64,000 nt of DNA from Pirellulales bacterium (lineage in GTDB: Bacteria; Planctomycetota; Planctomycetia; Pirellulales; PALSA-1355), in contig CAVTBU010000005.1 of assembly GCA_963733035.1 (NCBI GenBank), positions 2,816,001 through 2,880,000 of the forward strand. Direction: 5' to 3'. The notes under the pieces were generated by a model. The model saw only the letters and a program-made list of their open reading frames with translations, had not been told where the DNA came from and searched no databases. Of this stretch, positions 1-8,918 are shown one piece after another (the first letter of the stretch is position 1; every line of letters starts with the position of its first letter). Both the position numbers and the translations under genes were made by a program.

Positions 1-1997
1 AGCGGGTCGGTCTGCCGCCACCAGCGGATGCCAGCGAATAAAGCACCGAAATACGCCAGATAGGCTCCGAGCATGGGAGCCCCCTTGGCATCGTAGAAAT
101 TCTTGCTGAACTCGAGTTGCACGAAATTATGAACTTGAGCCGAATCATCGAACTGTACGAGCAACACGGTCGATCCGAGGTAAGCGGCGCTACCGACAAT
201 TAGTCCGATAACTAACATCGTGACGCGACGCAGGGTTTGATCTCCCTTTGTGCCGGCCCAGAGAGACGAAGGAATCAGCACACCCCAGGCGCCGAATACG
301 CTGGTCAACGTGAGCCACGCGAACTGATTCTGTTCGACGCTGGTTTCGCCCCGCAACAACACCGCCACGATGCTCATGATCGTCCCGACAACGGCGGCCA
401 AAATCATGGCACCGGCCAAGTCGGCGATTCGTTCGCGCGCCGGTTTGACAACGAGCGCCGCTACCGCTTCCTCGCGCCACCGTTTCTTGCCGCCGCGCCT
501 CTTCTTCCAATGACGCTGAGAAGCTGCCCGCCAATCGCCACGCGAGTAATTCTCCGCGCCGGCCGGCTGCGTAGAAGCTTCGGGTTGATTGCCCGTCGGT
601 TGATACGTGGTCGCGTCCATGTTGCCCGGTCGGGCTGCTGACGATGGTGTGTTGGCGGCGGACTGTTGCTGCGGATACCGTGGAACGCCACTGGCCACAT
701 GCTTGCGGCGGCCGTCCTGCTGTAACACGACGGCGCGGACAACACGGTACAACACGTAGAGCACAATCACAGGCACGATGAGTTGCAGCACTAACTCATA
801 GTTGTAGGCCAGTGCCGCGCAGCCGATCACGGCAACGACAATTTTCGTTGGCGTATTCAGTCCGTCCCAACTGTCACGAGCGTTGCGCCAGCCATCCCTG
901 ACAGCTCGCCAGACCGGCTCATCCTCGCTCCAGTTGGCCGCCGCGGCCGCCCCCGCCAGGCCGCCCACGAGGGGCTGTGGGGCTGGTTGTCCGCCCGCTT
1001 GAGTAGCAGCCGAAGCCGGTCTTGCGCCCTCGGCTGGTTTGTCAGTTTCGGCCGACGATTCCTCTGCATATTGCGTTTCGCTAATCGGCGGCCGATAGGC
1101 CATCGTTGCGGCCAACGGGGGGAGGGCGTTGAACATCTCCGCGACGCTACGGAACCGCGTTGTTGGATCCTTGGCCAAAGCTCGCGCAATGACCTGTCGG
1201 TAGGCTTCGGGGACTTTGTCGAGCGTGGGCTCGGCCGTGAGGTGTTTCATCAACACTTCGCCGACACTTTCGCCTTCAAACGGCACTTCGCCAGTGAGCA
1301 TCTCGTAGAGAATGATACCCAGAGCGTAAATGTCGATCTCCTTGCCATACCGGCCGTTGGCCACCTCAGGTGCCATGTAGTGAACTGTGCCGATGCTTTC
1401 GGTCTGTCCACTACGCCGGCTGCACGAAATAAACTTCGAAAGTCCATAGTCGCCGAGCTTGACCTGGCCATCATCGCGAAAAATGTTGCCGGGTTTTAGG
1501 TCGCGGTGCACGATGCCATGGTCGTGCAGGTAGGCCACGCCGGCGCCGATGCCTTGCATCCAGTCGAATGCTTCGTCTGGTGGGAGTCCGTGAGGGTGGC
1601 GGTCAATCACCTCTTCGAGCGACTCGCCCACGGCATATTCCATCACCACCCAGCTATTATCGTGATCATCCTGCTTGACGTCATAGAGCGCAATCAAATT
1701 GGGATGTTTCAGATTCAAGCAATGTGCGACGCCGCGCAATTCGACTTCTAAATTGTGCCGAATGAGCTTGAGAGCAACCTCCTTGCCGCCATCGCTTACG
1801 GCGAAATAGACTTCGCCAAAGCCACCGCGGCCGATGCCACGCTTAATCGTGTATCCTTCAAGTGGACGTGCGCCGTTGGCGTAGGTGAACTTGAGGGGTC
1901 CACCACGAGGAGTCTCTTCGGCTTGGGTCAAGTGAGGGTCCATCGCTTCATCAAGTGGTTCGGGCGAAAGGGCCGTTACGTCTGTCCGCGCGAGCAT
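1..1997 (-). CDS. Ser/Thr protein kinase with C-terminal membrane domain (runs off left edge)
   Basis: Manual minus-strand translation from ATG 1997 (absent from the ORF track, apparently because no stop falls in the window): GRGGFGEVY, VALK, HRDLKPGN, DYG, GTVHYMAPE, DIYALG. Same frame at position 3, with hydrophobic helices and WWRQTDP. Confidence 0.93.
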   Translation of the reverse strand, partial: MLARTDVTALSPEPLDEAMDPHLTQAEETPRGGPLKFTYANGARPLEGYTIKRGIGRGGFGEVYFAVSDGGKEVALKLIRHNLEVELRGVAHCLNLKHPNLIALYDVKQDDHDNSWVVMEYAVGESLEEVIDRHPHGLPPDEAFDWMQGIGAGVAYLHDHGIVHRDLKPGNIFRDDGQVKLGDYGLSKFISCSRRSGQTESIGTVHYMAPEVANGRYGKEIDIYALGIILYEMLTGEVPFEGESVGEVLMKHLTAEPTLDKVPEAYRQVIARALAKDPTTRFRSVAEMFNALPPLAATMAYRPPISETQYAEESSAETDKPAEGARPASAATQAGGQPAPQPLVGGLAGAAAAANWSEDEPVWRAVRDGWRNARDSWDGLNTPTKIVVAVIGCAALAYNYELVLQLIVPVIVLYVLYRVVRAVVLQQDGRRKHVASGVPRYPQQQSAANTPSSAARPGNMDATTYQPTGNQPEASTQPAGAENYSRGDWRAASQRHWKKRRGGKKRWREEAVAALVVKPARERIADLAGAMILAAVVGTIMSIVAVLLRGETSVEQNQFAWLTLTSVFGAWGVLIPSSLWAGTKGDQTLRRVTMLVIGLIVGSAAYLGSTVLLVQFDDSAQVHNFVQLEFSKNFYDAKGAPMLGAYLAYFGALFAGIRWWRQTDP

Positions 1998-2096
1998 GGT
2001 CAACCTATGCTTCTCTCCTGGGAGTCTTGTATTCTCCCAGGCCGGCTACCCGGTCCCTATTCCAAGATTATGACACGACGCCGTCGGGCACCAAAA

Positions 2097-2975
2097 TCAG
2101 ATTTCCTCCAAACTGAACGAAAACCCTTCTCCATCCACGCGCGAGTTCAAATTGAGCGGTGCCCGCGTTTCGTAACGCCGGCCGTCGACCTCGATGGGGC
2201 TGCTGCTGGTGCAATACAGACCACCGTGCTGTCGGTGCAGAACTACGTCGTGTGGCCAATGGCGACAGACCACGTGATTGTTGGTGTTGGGACCCAAAAT
2301 GAGTGTGTCGGCCATCAAAAGCACCGCCGAACTCGAGGGTTGCGTGCGATGATGGCTGACAAAATCCAGCCGTGCCGTCGCCGACAGTGGGTGCGGCCGC
2401 GTGAAACGCACTCGCAACGCAGGTCCTAGTTCCAGGAGACTTCCGTCGTTGATCCAACTGGTGGTTGTAATTCGCTGATGGTTGAGCCGCACGTCGCGTA
2501 AAGGCTCGATCGTATACCCTTCTTCGTCCCTGCGAAAAGTTGCATGATGGCGCGAGAGATCCGCCAGCAGGGGCAAATCCACCGTGCTGTCTGGAACGGC
2601 CTGGCCCAGCCGGACCTCGTTCCCCAGACACACGAAGAATCCGCCCACCGCGTCGACCCACAGGAGGAGGCGAGATTTCGGGGCTCGATTGTTCACGGCG
2701 TTTTCTATCCATGGTACGCAATCTGTCGGTCGAGATGAAATGGGCCGCGCCGAGCTGAACATGCTTGTGTTCCTTGCCTGACTGGCGTCCACCGGTCGCC
2801 ACCATTGGACGAGTGCGGTGTGGGGCGCGGCCAGTAAATTCCGCCAGTCGATTGCCAAGCCTTTGTACTCCGCCGCGAGCCCCTGTATTTCGTCGCCGTT
2901 CCGCCACGAGCCCGGGCTTGATTGGCCTCTTGCCCCACCTCGGGTGCCGCGGGCCTCGTGCCTGCGTCGTGACAC
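2097..2975 (-). CDS. FHA domain-containing protein
   Basis: EVRLGQ...DLPLLADLSRHHATFRRDEEGYTIE is an FHA-like G/SRxH pattern with a second degenerate copy; next to the kinase. Start uncertain. Confidence 0.75.
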   Translation of the reverse strand: MSRRRHEARGTRGGARGQSSPGSWRNGDEIQGLAAEYKGLAIDWRNLLAAPHTALVQWWRPVDASQARNTSMFSSARPISSRPTDCVPWIENAVNNRAPKSRLLLWVDAVGGFFVCLGNEVRLGQAVPDSTVDLPLLADLSRHHATFRRDEEGYTIEPLRDVRLNHQRITTTSWINDGSLLELGPALRVRFTRPHPLSATARLDFVSHHRTQPSSSAVLLMADTLILGPNTNNHVVCRHWPHDVVLHRQHGGLYCTSSSPIEVDGRRYETRAPLNLNSRVDGEGFSFSLEEI

Positions 2976-2985
2976 GACGTTCGAA

Positions 2986-3801
2986 TCAGTCCTCGTTGAC
3001 TTGCGGCAACTCAGCCACTTGGGTTGGCTCTGCCTGCACGCCGAAGTATTCGGTGACCTGATCGACGATATTCTCGGTTTCGCCCTGTGATGCGGAAACC
3101 GGAATCTCTCCCTCCACCAGTGGTGTCGAAGCCAAACGCTCGGCCACTTTCAGCCGCGAGCGAATGTCGGCGATGAGGTCCTTCACGCGTCCCAGCTGAC
3201 TGTCATCGATGTTGTGCTCGCTCAGGGTTTGAGCCACTTCGACCATCTTGAATTGAGCCTCGAGTTGTTCAACATCGACTTCCAACTGGCGCTTTTGGGT
3301 CAACATGTTCTCGAGCTTTTGCCGGGCGGCATCGAGGCTCGTGCGACGGGCGGATTGAATGTCCCGCAGGTTCGCTAGCATGGCATCATGCGTCTTGTAT
3401 CGTTCGAACCGGTTTGCCAAGTCGACCTTTACGTGCGAGACGGTATAGGTACGCCCGCCGTAGCTATACGTCGGCTGTTTCGAGGCCAGATCTCCCTTGA
3501 GCTGCATGATTTCAGCCTTCTCGCGCGACATCGTGTTCTCAGTCTTGGCGATCTCCTTGTCGAGCCGCTCGATTTCGATCTCTTCCTGGGCGATGACGTG
3601 CATGTTGCGGCGAATATCAGGCACCAGATTCTTGACCATCCGACGCGCTCGCTCGATTTCAAATTCAACCGGCACGCTTGATTTGACGGAGTCCTTCATC
3701 CAGCCGAATGACGTCGACATGTAGCTGACTGCGTCTCGGCCAAAGAACAACACTGCCAGCAGGCTCGCGCCCGCCACTGCTACTAACGTTTTTCTAATCA
3801 T
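2986..3801 (-). CDS. Membrane-anchored coiled-coil protein (PspA/IM30-like)
   Basis: ATG 3801 gives MIRKTLVAVAGASLLAVLFFG (TM/signal), then a long heptad-rich helix (VPVEFEIERARRMV...LEVDVEQLEAQ). Confidence 0.7.
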   Translation of the reverse strand: MIRKTLVAVAGASLLAVLFFGRDAVSYMSTSFGWMKDSVKSSVPVEFEIERARRMVKNLVPDIRRNMHVIAQEEIEIERLDKEIAKTENTMSREKAEIMQLKGDLASKQPTYSYGGRTYTVSHVKVDLANRFERYKTHDAMLANLRDIQSARRTSLDAARQKLENMLTQKRQLEVDVEQLEAQFKMVEVAQTLSEHNIDDSQLGRVKDLIADIRSRLKVAERLASTPLVEGEIPVSASQGETENIVDQVTEYFGVQAEPTQVAELPQVNED

Positions 3802-3950
3802 GATCCAAAGCCTCCCACACGACGGGTCAACTGGTAGGTTCGTAGGCGGATCGACGGAACCGCCGCTCCAGAAACCTATTCGCCGCCGCTTGGCCACCCT
3901 TGGCTACAGATCGAAGTTTTTTCACAGCCGGAGTTTGCTGCGGCCGACGT

Positions 3951-3968
3951 GAACCGAAAATCCGGTTC
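3951..3968. promoter_or_regulatory. Short inverted repeat in divergent intergenic region
   Basis: GAACCG-aaaatc-CGGTTC between divergent genes; function unknown. Confidence 0.25.
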
Positions 3969-4032
3969 TTGTTTCCTACCGGAATGGTTAGGCTATTGGT
4001 GCAGTGGGACGAAGCTTAACCGGTCTTAGGGA

Positions 4033-5178
4033 GTGAGCGAAGCCGTGGGCGAATCGTCGCAAAATCAATTGGCTCAAGAGGTTCACGCGCGCCATCTACG
4101 ATTCGTGCTGGCTGTTACAGGGGGTGGCACCCGGGCCATTTCAACCCTGTTGGGCGAACCAGGGGCTTCCCGATCGATACTTGAGGCCACGATCCCCTAT
4201 GCGGCCGATGCCTTAACCTCCTACCTTGGCAGCCAGCCGGACGAATACTGCTCCGCCCGCACCGGGCGAGCGATGGCCATGGCAGCCTATCGCCGTGCCG
4301 GGATGCTTGACCCCCGCGCAAGGGCCTGTGGGATTGGATGTACCGCAAGTCTGGCCAGCGACCGGCCCAAACGGGGCACCCACCGAGCGCACGTCGCTTG
4401 GCAAACTGCTGCCACAACGACCGCTTATCACCTCGAACTTGTCAAGGGTCGACGCACCCGGGGTGAAGAGGAGGCCGTCGTGGCAGGGCTATTACTGAAC
4501 GCCGTGGCCGAAAGTTGCGGCGCTGGTGCGCGCGTCGAGATGCCTCTCATCGAGAACGAACACGTGTCGGTTCTACGTGTGGATGCGCCACTCGACGAGC
4601 AGGAGTTGCTTGCCGGTCAAATTTCAGCGGCACCGCGGGGTTCGGCCCAGCGAGACAAGCGTCCGCAGGTACTATTTCCGGGCGCGTTCAATCCGCTGCA
4701 CGTTGGACATAAGAAAATGGCAGAGTTGGCCCGAGGACTGCTAGGGCTCGAAGTAGCCTTCGAGATTTCGACCGAAAACGTGGACAAACCTCCCTTGGAT
4801 TTTATTGAAACGGAACAACGATTGCGACAGTTTACCTCGGGCGAGGAAGTCTGGCTTACTCGCGCTCCGACTTTTGTCAAAAAATCGGAGCTGTTTCCCC
4901 GATGCACCTTCATTGTAGGTGTGGACACGATTGAGCGGGTGGGTCAGGAGCGTTACTACGGTTCCGAGGCGGAGATGCGGGATGCGTTGGAAGCTATTGC
5001 CGCCCGCAATTGTCGGTTTCTGGTGTTTGGCCGCACGGTAAACGGTGTCTACCGTACGCTTGATGACCTAAACTTGCCTAAACAGCTGGCGGCCGTTTGC
5101 CGTGGTGTACCGGGTGCCACTTTCCGCGAGGATATTTCGTCCACCGAACTCCGCGAGAATCTGCGTGGCCCGACCTAG
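4033..5178 (+). CDS. CinA/PncC-like domain fused to HxGH nucleotidyltransferase (NadD/NMNAT-like)
   Basis: N-terminal TGGG...PGASRSILEATIPY; C-terminal FPGAFNPLHVGH, IVGVDT and DISSTELR. Confidence 0.8.
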   Translation: MSEAVGESSQNQLAQEVHARHLRFVLAVTGGGTRAISTLLGEPGASRSILEATIPYAADALTSYLGSQPDEYCSARTGRAMAMAAYRRAGMLDPRARACGIGCTASLASDRPKRGTHRAHVAWQTAATTTAYHLELVKGRRTRGEEEAVVAGLLLNAVAESCGAGARVEMPLIENEHVSVLRVDAPLDEQELLAGQISAAPRGSAQRDKRPQVLFPGAFNPLHVGHKKMAELARGLLGLEVAFEISTENVDKPPLDFIETEQRLRQFTSGEEVWLTRAPTFVKKSELFPRCTFIVGVDTIERVGQERYYGSEAEMRDALEAIAARNCRFLVFGRTVNGVYRTLDDLNLPKQLAAVCRGVPGATFREDISSTELRENLRGPT

Positions 5179-5228
5179 AACTACAGCAATGGCCGTTCTA
5201 GTGATCTCTCGTTCTGGAGGACAGAAAT

Positions 5229-6555
5229 TTGCCCGATTCATCGCAGGCACACCGAGTTGTGATCGTCGGCGGAGGTTTTGGTGGTCTCTATGCCGCCATT
5301 CAACTCCGTCGCGCCGGCGCCCAGGTTACTCTCGTCGACCGGCGAAATTTTCATCTGTTTCAACCGCTGCTATATCAGGTGGCCACCGGTGGTTTGTCGC
5401 CGGCCAATATTGCGTCGCCTCTCCGATCGGTTCTTCGCAAGCAGACCAATACCGAAGTGATGTTGGCCGAAGTAGTCGACATTAACGTTACAGAGCGTCG
5501 GTTGGTCTTCTGCGAGGAGCACCTGCCGCCACTCGAATACGATACGCTAGTCGTCGCCACGGGATCCGAGTTCAACTATTTTGGCCACGATGAATGGCAA
5601 TCTGTCGCACCGGGACTGAAGAAGCTAGAAGATGCGACAGACATTCGTCGCCGCGTGCTAAGCGCGTTTGAACGTGCTGAGTTGGAGACGGACCCGAACA
5701 GACAACAGTCCCTGCTCAGTTTCGTGGTGGTTGGAGGTGGTCCGACCGGAGTGGAATTGAGCGGTGCCGTGGCCGAAGTTGCCCGTTACACGCTTCGCCG
5801 CGATTTTCGCCGCATCGATCCAACGGACGCGAATGTCATGCTGTTTGAGGCGGGGCCGGCAATTCTTGGTATGTTTCCCGAGTCGTTACGCGAGAAGGCC
5901 AAGGCGTCACTAACCGCGCGTAGGAGTGGACGTCCGAACGGGTGTGCGAGTTACCGAGATACGTAGTGGCGGTGTGACGATCGAATCGGGCGACGAGCGG
6001 CACGATATTGCCGCGGAAACCATCCTTTGGACGGCCGGCGTCAAGGCATCATCGCTCGGCGCCAAACTGGCGGAGGCGGCCGGTCAACAGGTGGATCGCT
6101 CTGGGAGGGTCATTGTGGAGCCCGACTGTTCACTGCCGGACCATCCGGAGATCTTCGTGATTGGCGATCTGGCGAACTTCAGCCATCAAGGCGACAAGCC
6201 GCTACCCGCCCTTGCGCCGGTGGCCATGCAGCAGGGGCGGTATGTGGCCGAACTGGTTGCGCGGCGTATTCAGAACCTAAGCCCACCCGCGCCCTTCCAT
6301 TACCACGATAAGGGAACGTTGGCAACGATCGGCCGTGCATCGGCCGTGGCCGAAATCAGCGGGTTCAAGCTATCCGGCTTCCTGGCATGGATCACCTGGC
6401 TGTTCGTACATTTGATGTACCTGGTGCAATTCCACAACCGTGTACTGGTCCTTATCCAGTGGGGTTACAACTATTTCAGCCGGGGCAGGGCCGCCCGACT
6501 GATCACAGGCCAGACGGGCTGTCTCCAGAAGCATGAAGTGGGCGAAGCGGAGTAG
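5229..6555 (+). CDS. ndh: Type II NADH:quinone oxidoreductase (frameshift ~5915-5921, probable sequence error)
   Basis: VVIVGGGFGG, FQPLLYQVATG, VVGGGPTGVELSG, IFVIGD, APVAMQQG. Removing one base gives ...ASLTALGVDVRT, joining the two ORFs. Confidence 0.92.
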
Positions 6556-6608
6556 CCTCTGTTAAATGTATTGGGGGGCGTGAAGCCGCGGCAATTTCTC
6601 GTCCCCAC

Positions 6609-6636
6609 GGAACTCTCTGCCCCGAGCGGGGGTAAA
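6609..6636 (+). promoter_or_regulatory. Possible ECF-sigma promoter
   Basis: GGAACT-N17-GTAAA about 110 nt upstream of the exported-protein cluster; resemblance to the generic ECF consensus only. Confidence 0.25.
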
Positions 6637-6747
6637 TAGTTGCTGCCGCGAAATTTGTTTGACGCCGCCAGCAGCGCGCGGCAAGATGACGCGCCGATTG
6701 CGGGCATGGTCGCCCCCGACGCCGTCACCTTTTGGGAGGTAACTAGC

Positions 6748-7143
6748 ATGACGCGTTCTGGCAGGTTTCTGTTCATGTTGGCCGCCCTTGGTGCGGCGAT
6801 GACATCCATGGCCGCCGCCCGAGCGGCTGACGCGAATGGCAGTTGGAAATGGACTTTCGAGCGAGGAGAGAGGAGCGTCGAAGTCAAGCTCGATCTTCAA
6901 TGCGAGGGCGAGAAGCTGACGGGCAAGGTTTACAGCAGCGATCGCGAGACCAAGATTGTGGACGGTAGATTCAAGAACGACGAAGTGTCGTTCAAAACTA
7001 TTCGCGAGCGAGCTGGCAACAAGTTCGTCATGACATACAAGGGCAAAGTCATCGGCGACAAGATCGAAGGCTCAATTCAGTTTGAGGCCGGCGAACGCTC
7101 CGCCAGCCGACCTTGGGAAGCGACCCGAGTGACGGGAAAGTAA
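6748..7143 (+). CDS. Small secreted beta-rich protein (paralogue 1)
   Basis: GGAGG RBS before ATG 6748; signal peptide ending ARA-A; GxWxW...EGEKLTG...YKGKV...SRPWEA. Confidence 0.8.
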   Translation: MTRSGRFLFMLAALGAAMTSMAAARAADANGSWKWTFERGERSVEVKLDLQCEGEKLTGKVYSSDRETKIVDGRFKNDEVSFKTIRERAGNKFVMTYKGKVIGDKIEGSIQFEAGERSASRPWEATRVTGK

Positions 7144-7212
7144 TCAAAGAAATTCTGAAATGTGCACTGCGTGCGACTGCTCCAACCAATCAACCATCAG
7201 AGAGTCGACCCG

Positions 7213-7614
7213 ATGAAAGCCAAGCATTTCTTCTCACCAGCGTTTGCTTTGTTGATCGCCGCGATGATTGCAGCCACGGCCCTGGCTGCCGACATTACTG
7301 GTACGTGGACCTGGACAGTCAAAACGAAAAAAGGCAAGGAGTTCGACCAAAAGCTGACCCTCAAGGCGGAAGGCGACAAACTGACAGGCAGTTTGGCCAG
7401 CGGCCGTCGGCAGCGGAGCACGGATATCGCGAACGGTACGGTTCAGGGTGACTCGATCAGCTTTGAAGTAACGACGGAGCGCAACGGTAACGAGTTGACC
7501 GCTAAGTACCAGGGCAAGGTAGACGGTGATACCATCAAAGGCACCACGACCGCCGAACGTCCCAACGGGGGCGAGGGACGTTCTCGCCCCTGGGAGGCAA
7601 AACGCGCGAAATAG
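7213..7614 (+). CDS. Small secreted beta-rich protein (paralogue 2)
   Basis: Signal peptide ending ALA-A; collinear with the previous gene (GTWTW, EGDKLTG, YQGKV, SRPWEA). Confidence 0.8.
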   Translation: MKAKHFFSPAFALLIAAMIAATALAADITGTWTWTVKTKKGKEFDQKLTLKAEGDKLTGSLASGRRQRSTDIANGTVQGDSISFEVTTERNGNELTAKYQGKVDGDTIKGTTTAERPNGGEGRSRPWEAKRAK

Positions 7615-7725
7615 CCTGAGTTGTCGTGGATTCCTCGCACGGCATGCTTTGGCAGGGTGAGAGGGTCTTGTCTTTGGATACACCAGTGGCTTGAAAATGA
7701 TTTCGTCAATATAGGAGGATCCAGC

Positions 7726-8808
7726 ATGCCGTTACGCAACTACGTTCTTTCCACGCTTGCGGTACTCGCGCTTTCATCCGCTAGTTTGGCGGCCGATCTG
7801 ACCGATGGCATGCAGCAAGGTGCGCCCAAGCTCAATTCGATCGGTCCAATTACCTTCGCACCTCAAAGCATCCTCTTAATCGGTGATCCCCAAGGTTCGG
7901 CGATTTACGCAGTTGCCACTGACGATAAGTCGGCCGGGAGCCCTAGCCAAAAACTGAATATCGAAAAGATCGACGAAAAGATTGCCGCTTTGCTCGGTAC
8001 GACGTCCAAAGGCATTTTGATTAACGACATGGCCGTAAATCCAGATACCGGCAGCACGTTCTTCTCCGTGTCGCGGGGCACGGGACCGGATGCGACTCCG
8101 GTTGTGGTCCGGATTGATTCGGCGGGCAACCTCGGTGAATTTAAGCTCGACGACGTGAAGTTTTCCAAGGCACAAATACCGAATGCTCCAACCGAAGGAC
8201 GCAAGCGACAGGATGTGACAACGGATCTGCAGTTCACAGGCGGGCAGATCATCGTGGCAGGACTCTCGAACGAAGAATTTGCTTCTCAACTTCGCGTGCT
8301 GGATTTCCCCTTCAAGAAAGTCGCCGGTGGGACGGGCGTCGAGATTTTTCACGGTGCGCACGGAAAGCTGGAAACTCATTCGCCGGTGCGCACTTTGGCC
8401 GTGTTCGACATTTCCGGCAAGCCCAACGTTCTGGCCGCCTACACCTGCACTCCGCTGGTGAAGTTTCCGCTGTCGGACCTCAAGCCCGGCAATAAGATCC
8501 GCGGCACAACCGTCGCCGAGCTCGGCAACCACAACCGTCCGCTCGACATGATTGTTTATCAAAAAGGGGGCAAGGATTATCTGCTGATGGCCAATAGTAG
8601 CCGCGGCGTCATGAAAGTGAACGTCGAGAACATCGACAAGACCGGCGGAATCACCGACCGCATCAATGGGACTGCTGGTTTGCCGTACGACACGATCGAG
8701 AATCTCAAGGGTGTTACGCAACTTGACAAACTCGATAAGGATCACGCGCTCGTGCTCGTACAAACCGATTCTGGAACAATGAACCTCGAAGCGGTCGATT
8801 TGCCATAG
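7726..8808 (+). CDS. Secreted hypothetical protein, probable beta-propeller
   Basis: AGGAGG RBS; signal peptide; beta-rich with EIFHGAHGKLETHSP and AYTCTPLV motifs. Confidence 0.8.
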   Translation: MPLRNYVLSTLAVLALSSASLAADLTDGMQQGAPKLNSIGPITFAPQSILLIGDPQGSAIYAVATDDKSAGSPSQKLNIEKIDEKIAALLGTTSKGILINDMAVNPDTGSTFFSVSRGTGPDATPVVVRIDSAGNLGEFKLDDVKFSKAQIPNAPTEGRKRQDVTTDLQFTGGQIIVAGLSNEEFASQLRVLDFPFKKVAGGTGVEIFHGAHGKLETHSPVRTLAVFDISGKPNVLAAYTCTPLVKFPLSDLKPGNKIRGTTVAELGNHNRPLDMIVYQKGGKDYLLMANSSRGVMKVNVENIDKTGGITDRINGTAGLPYDTIENLKGVTQLDKLDKDHALVLVQTDSGTMNLEAVDLP

Positions 8809-8918
8809 TGGTTGAGGCCCACGGGCCTAGTTGTCGAACCCAACATCGCACCAACGGACGACCGGCAACGGTCGTCCGCGTGCGTTTCAGGCAGATGCGT
8901 TTACAGGCGGAGCTACCT

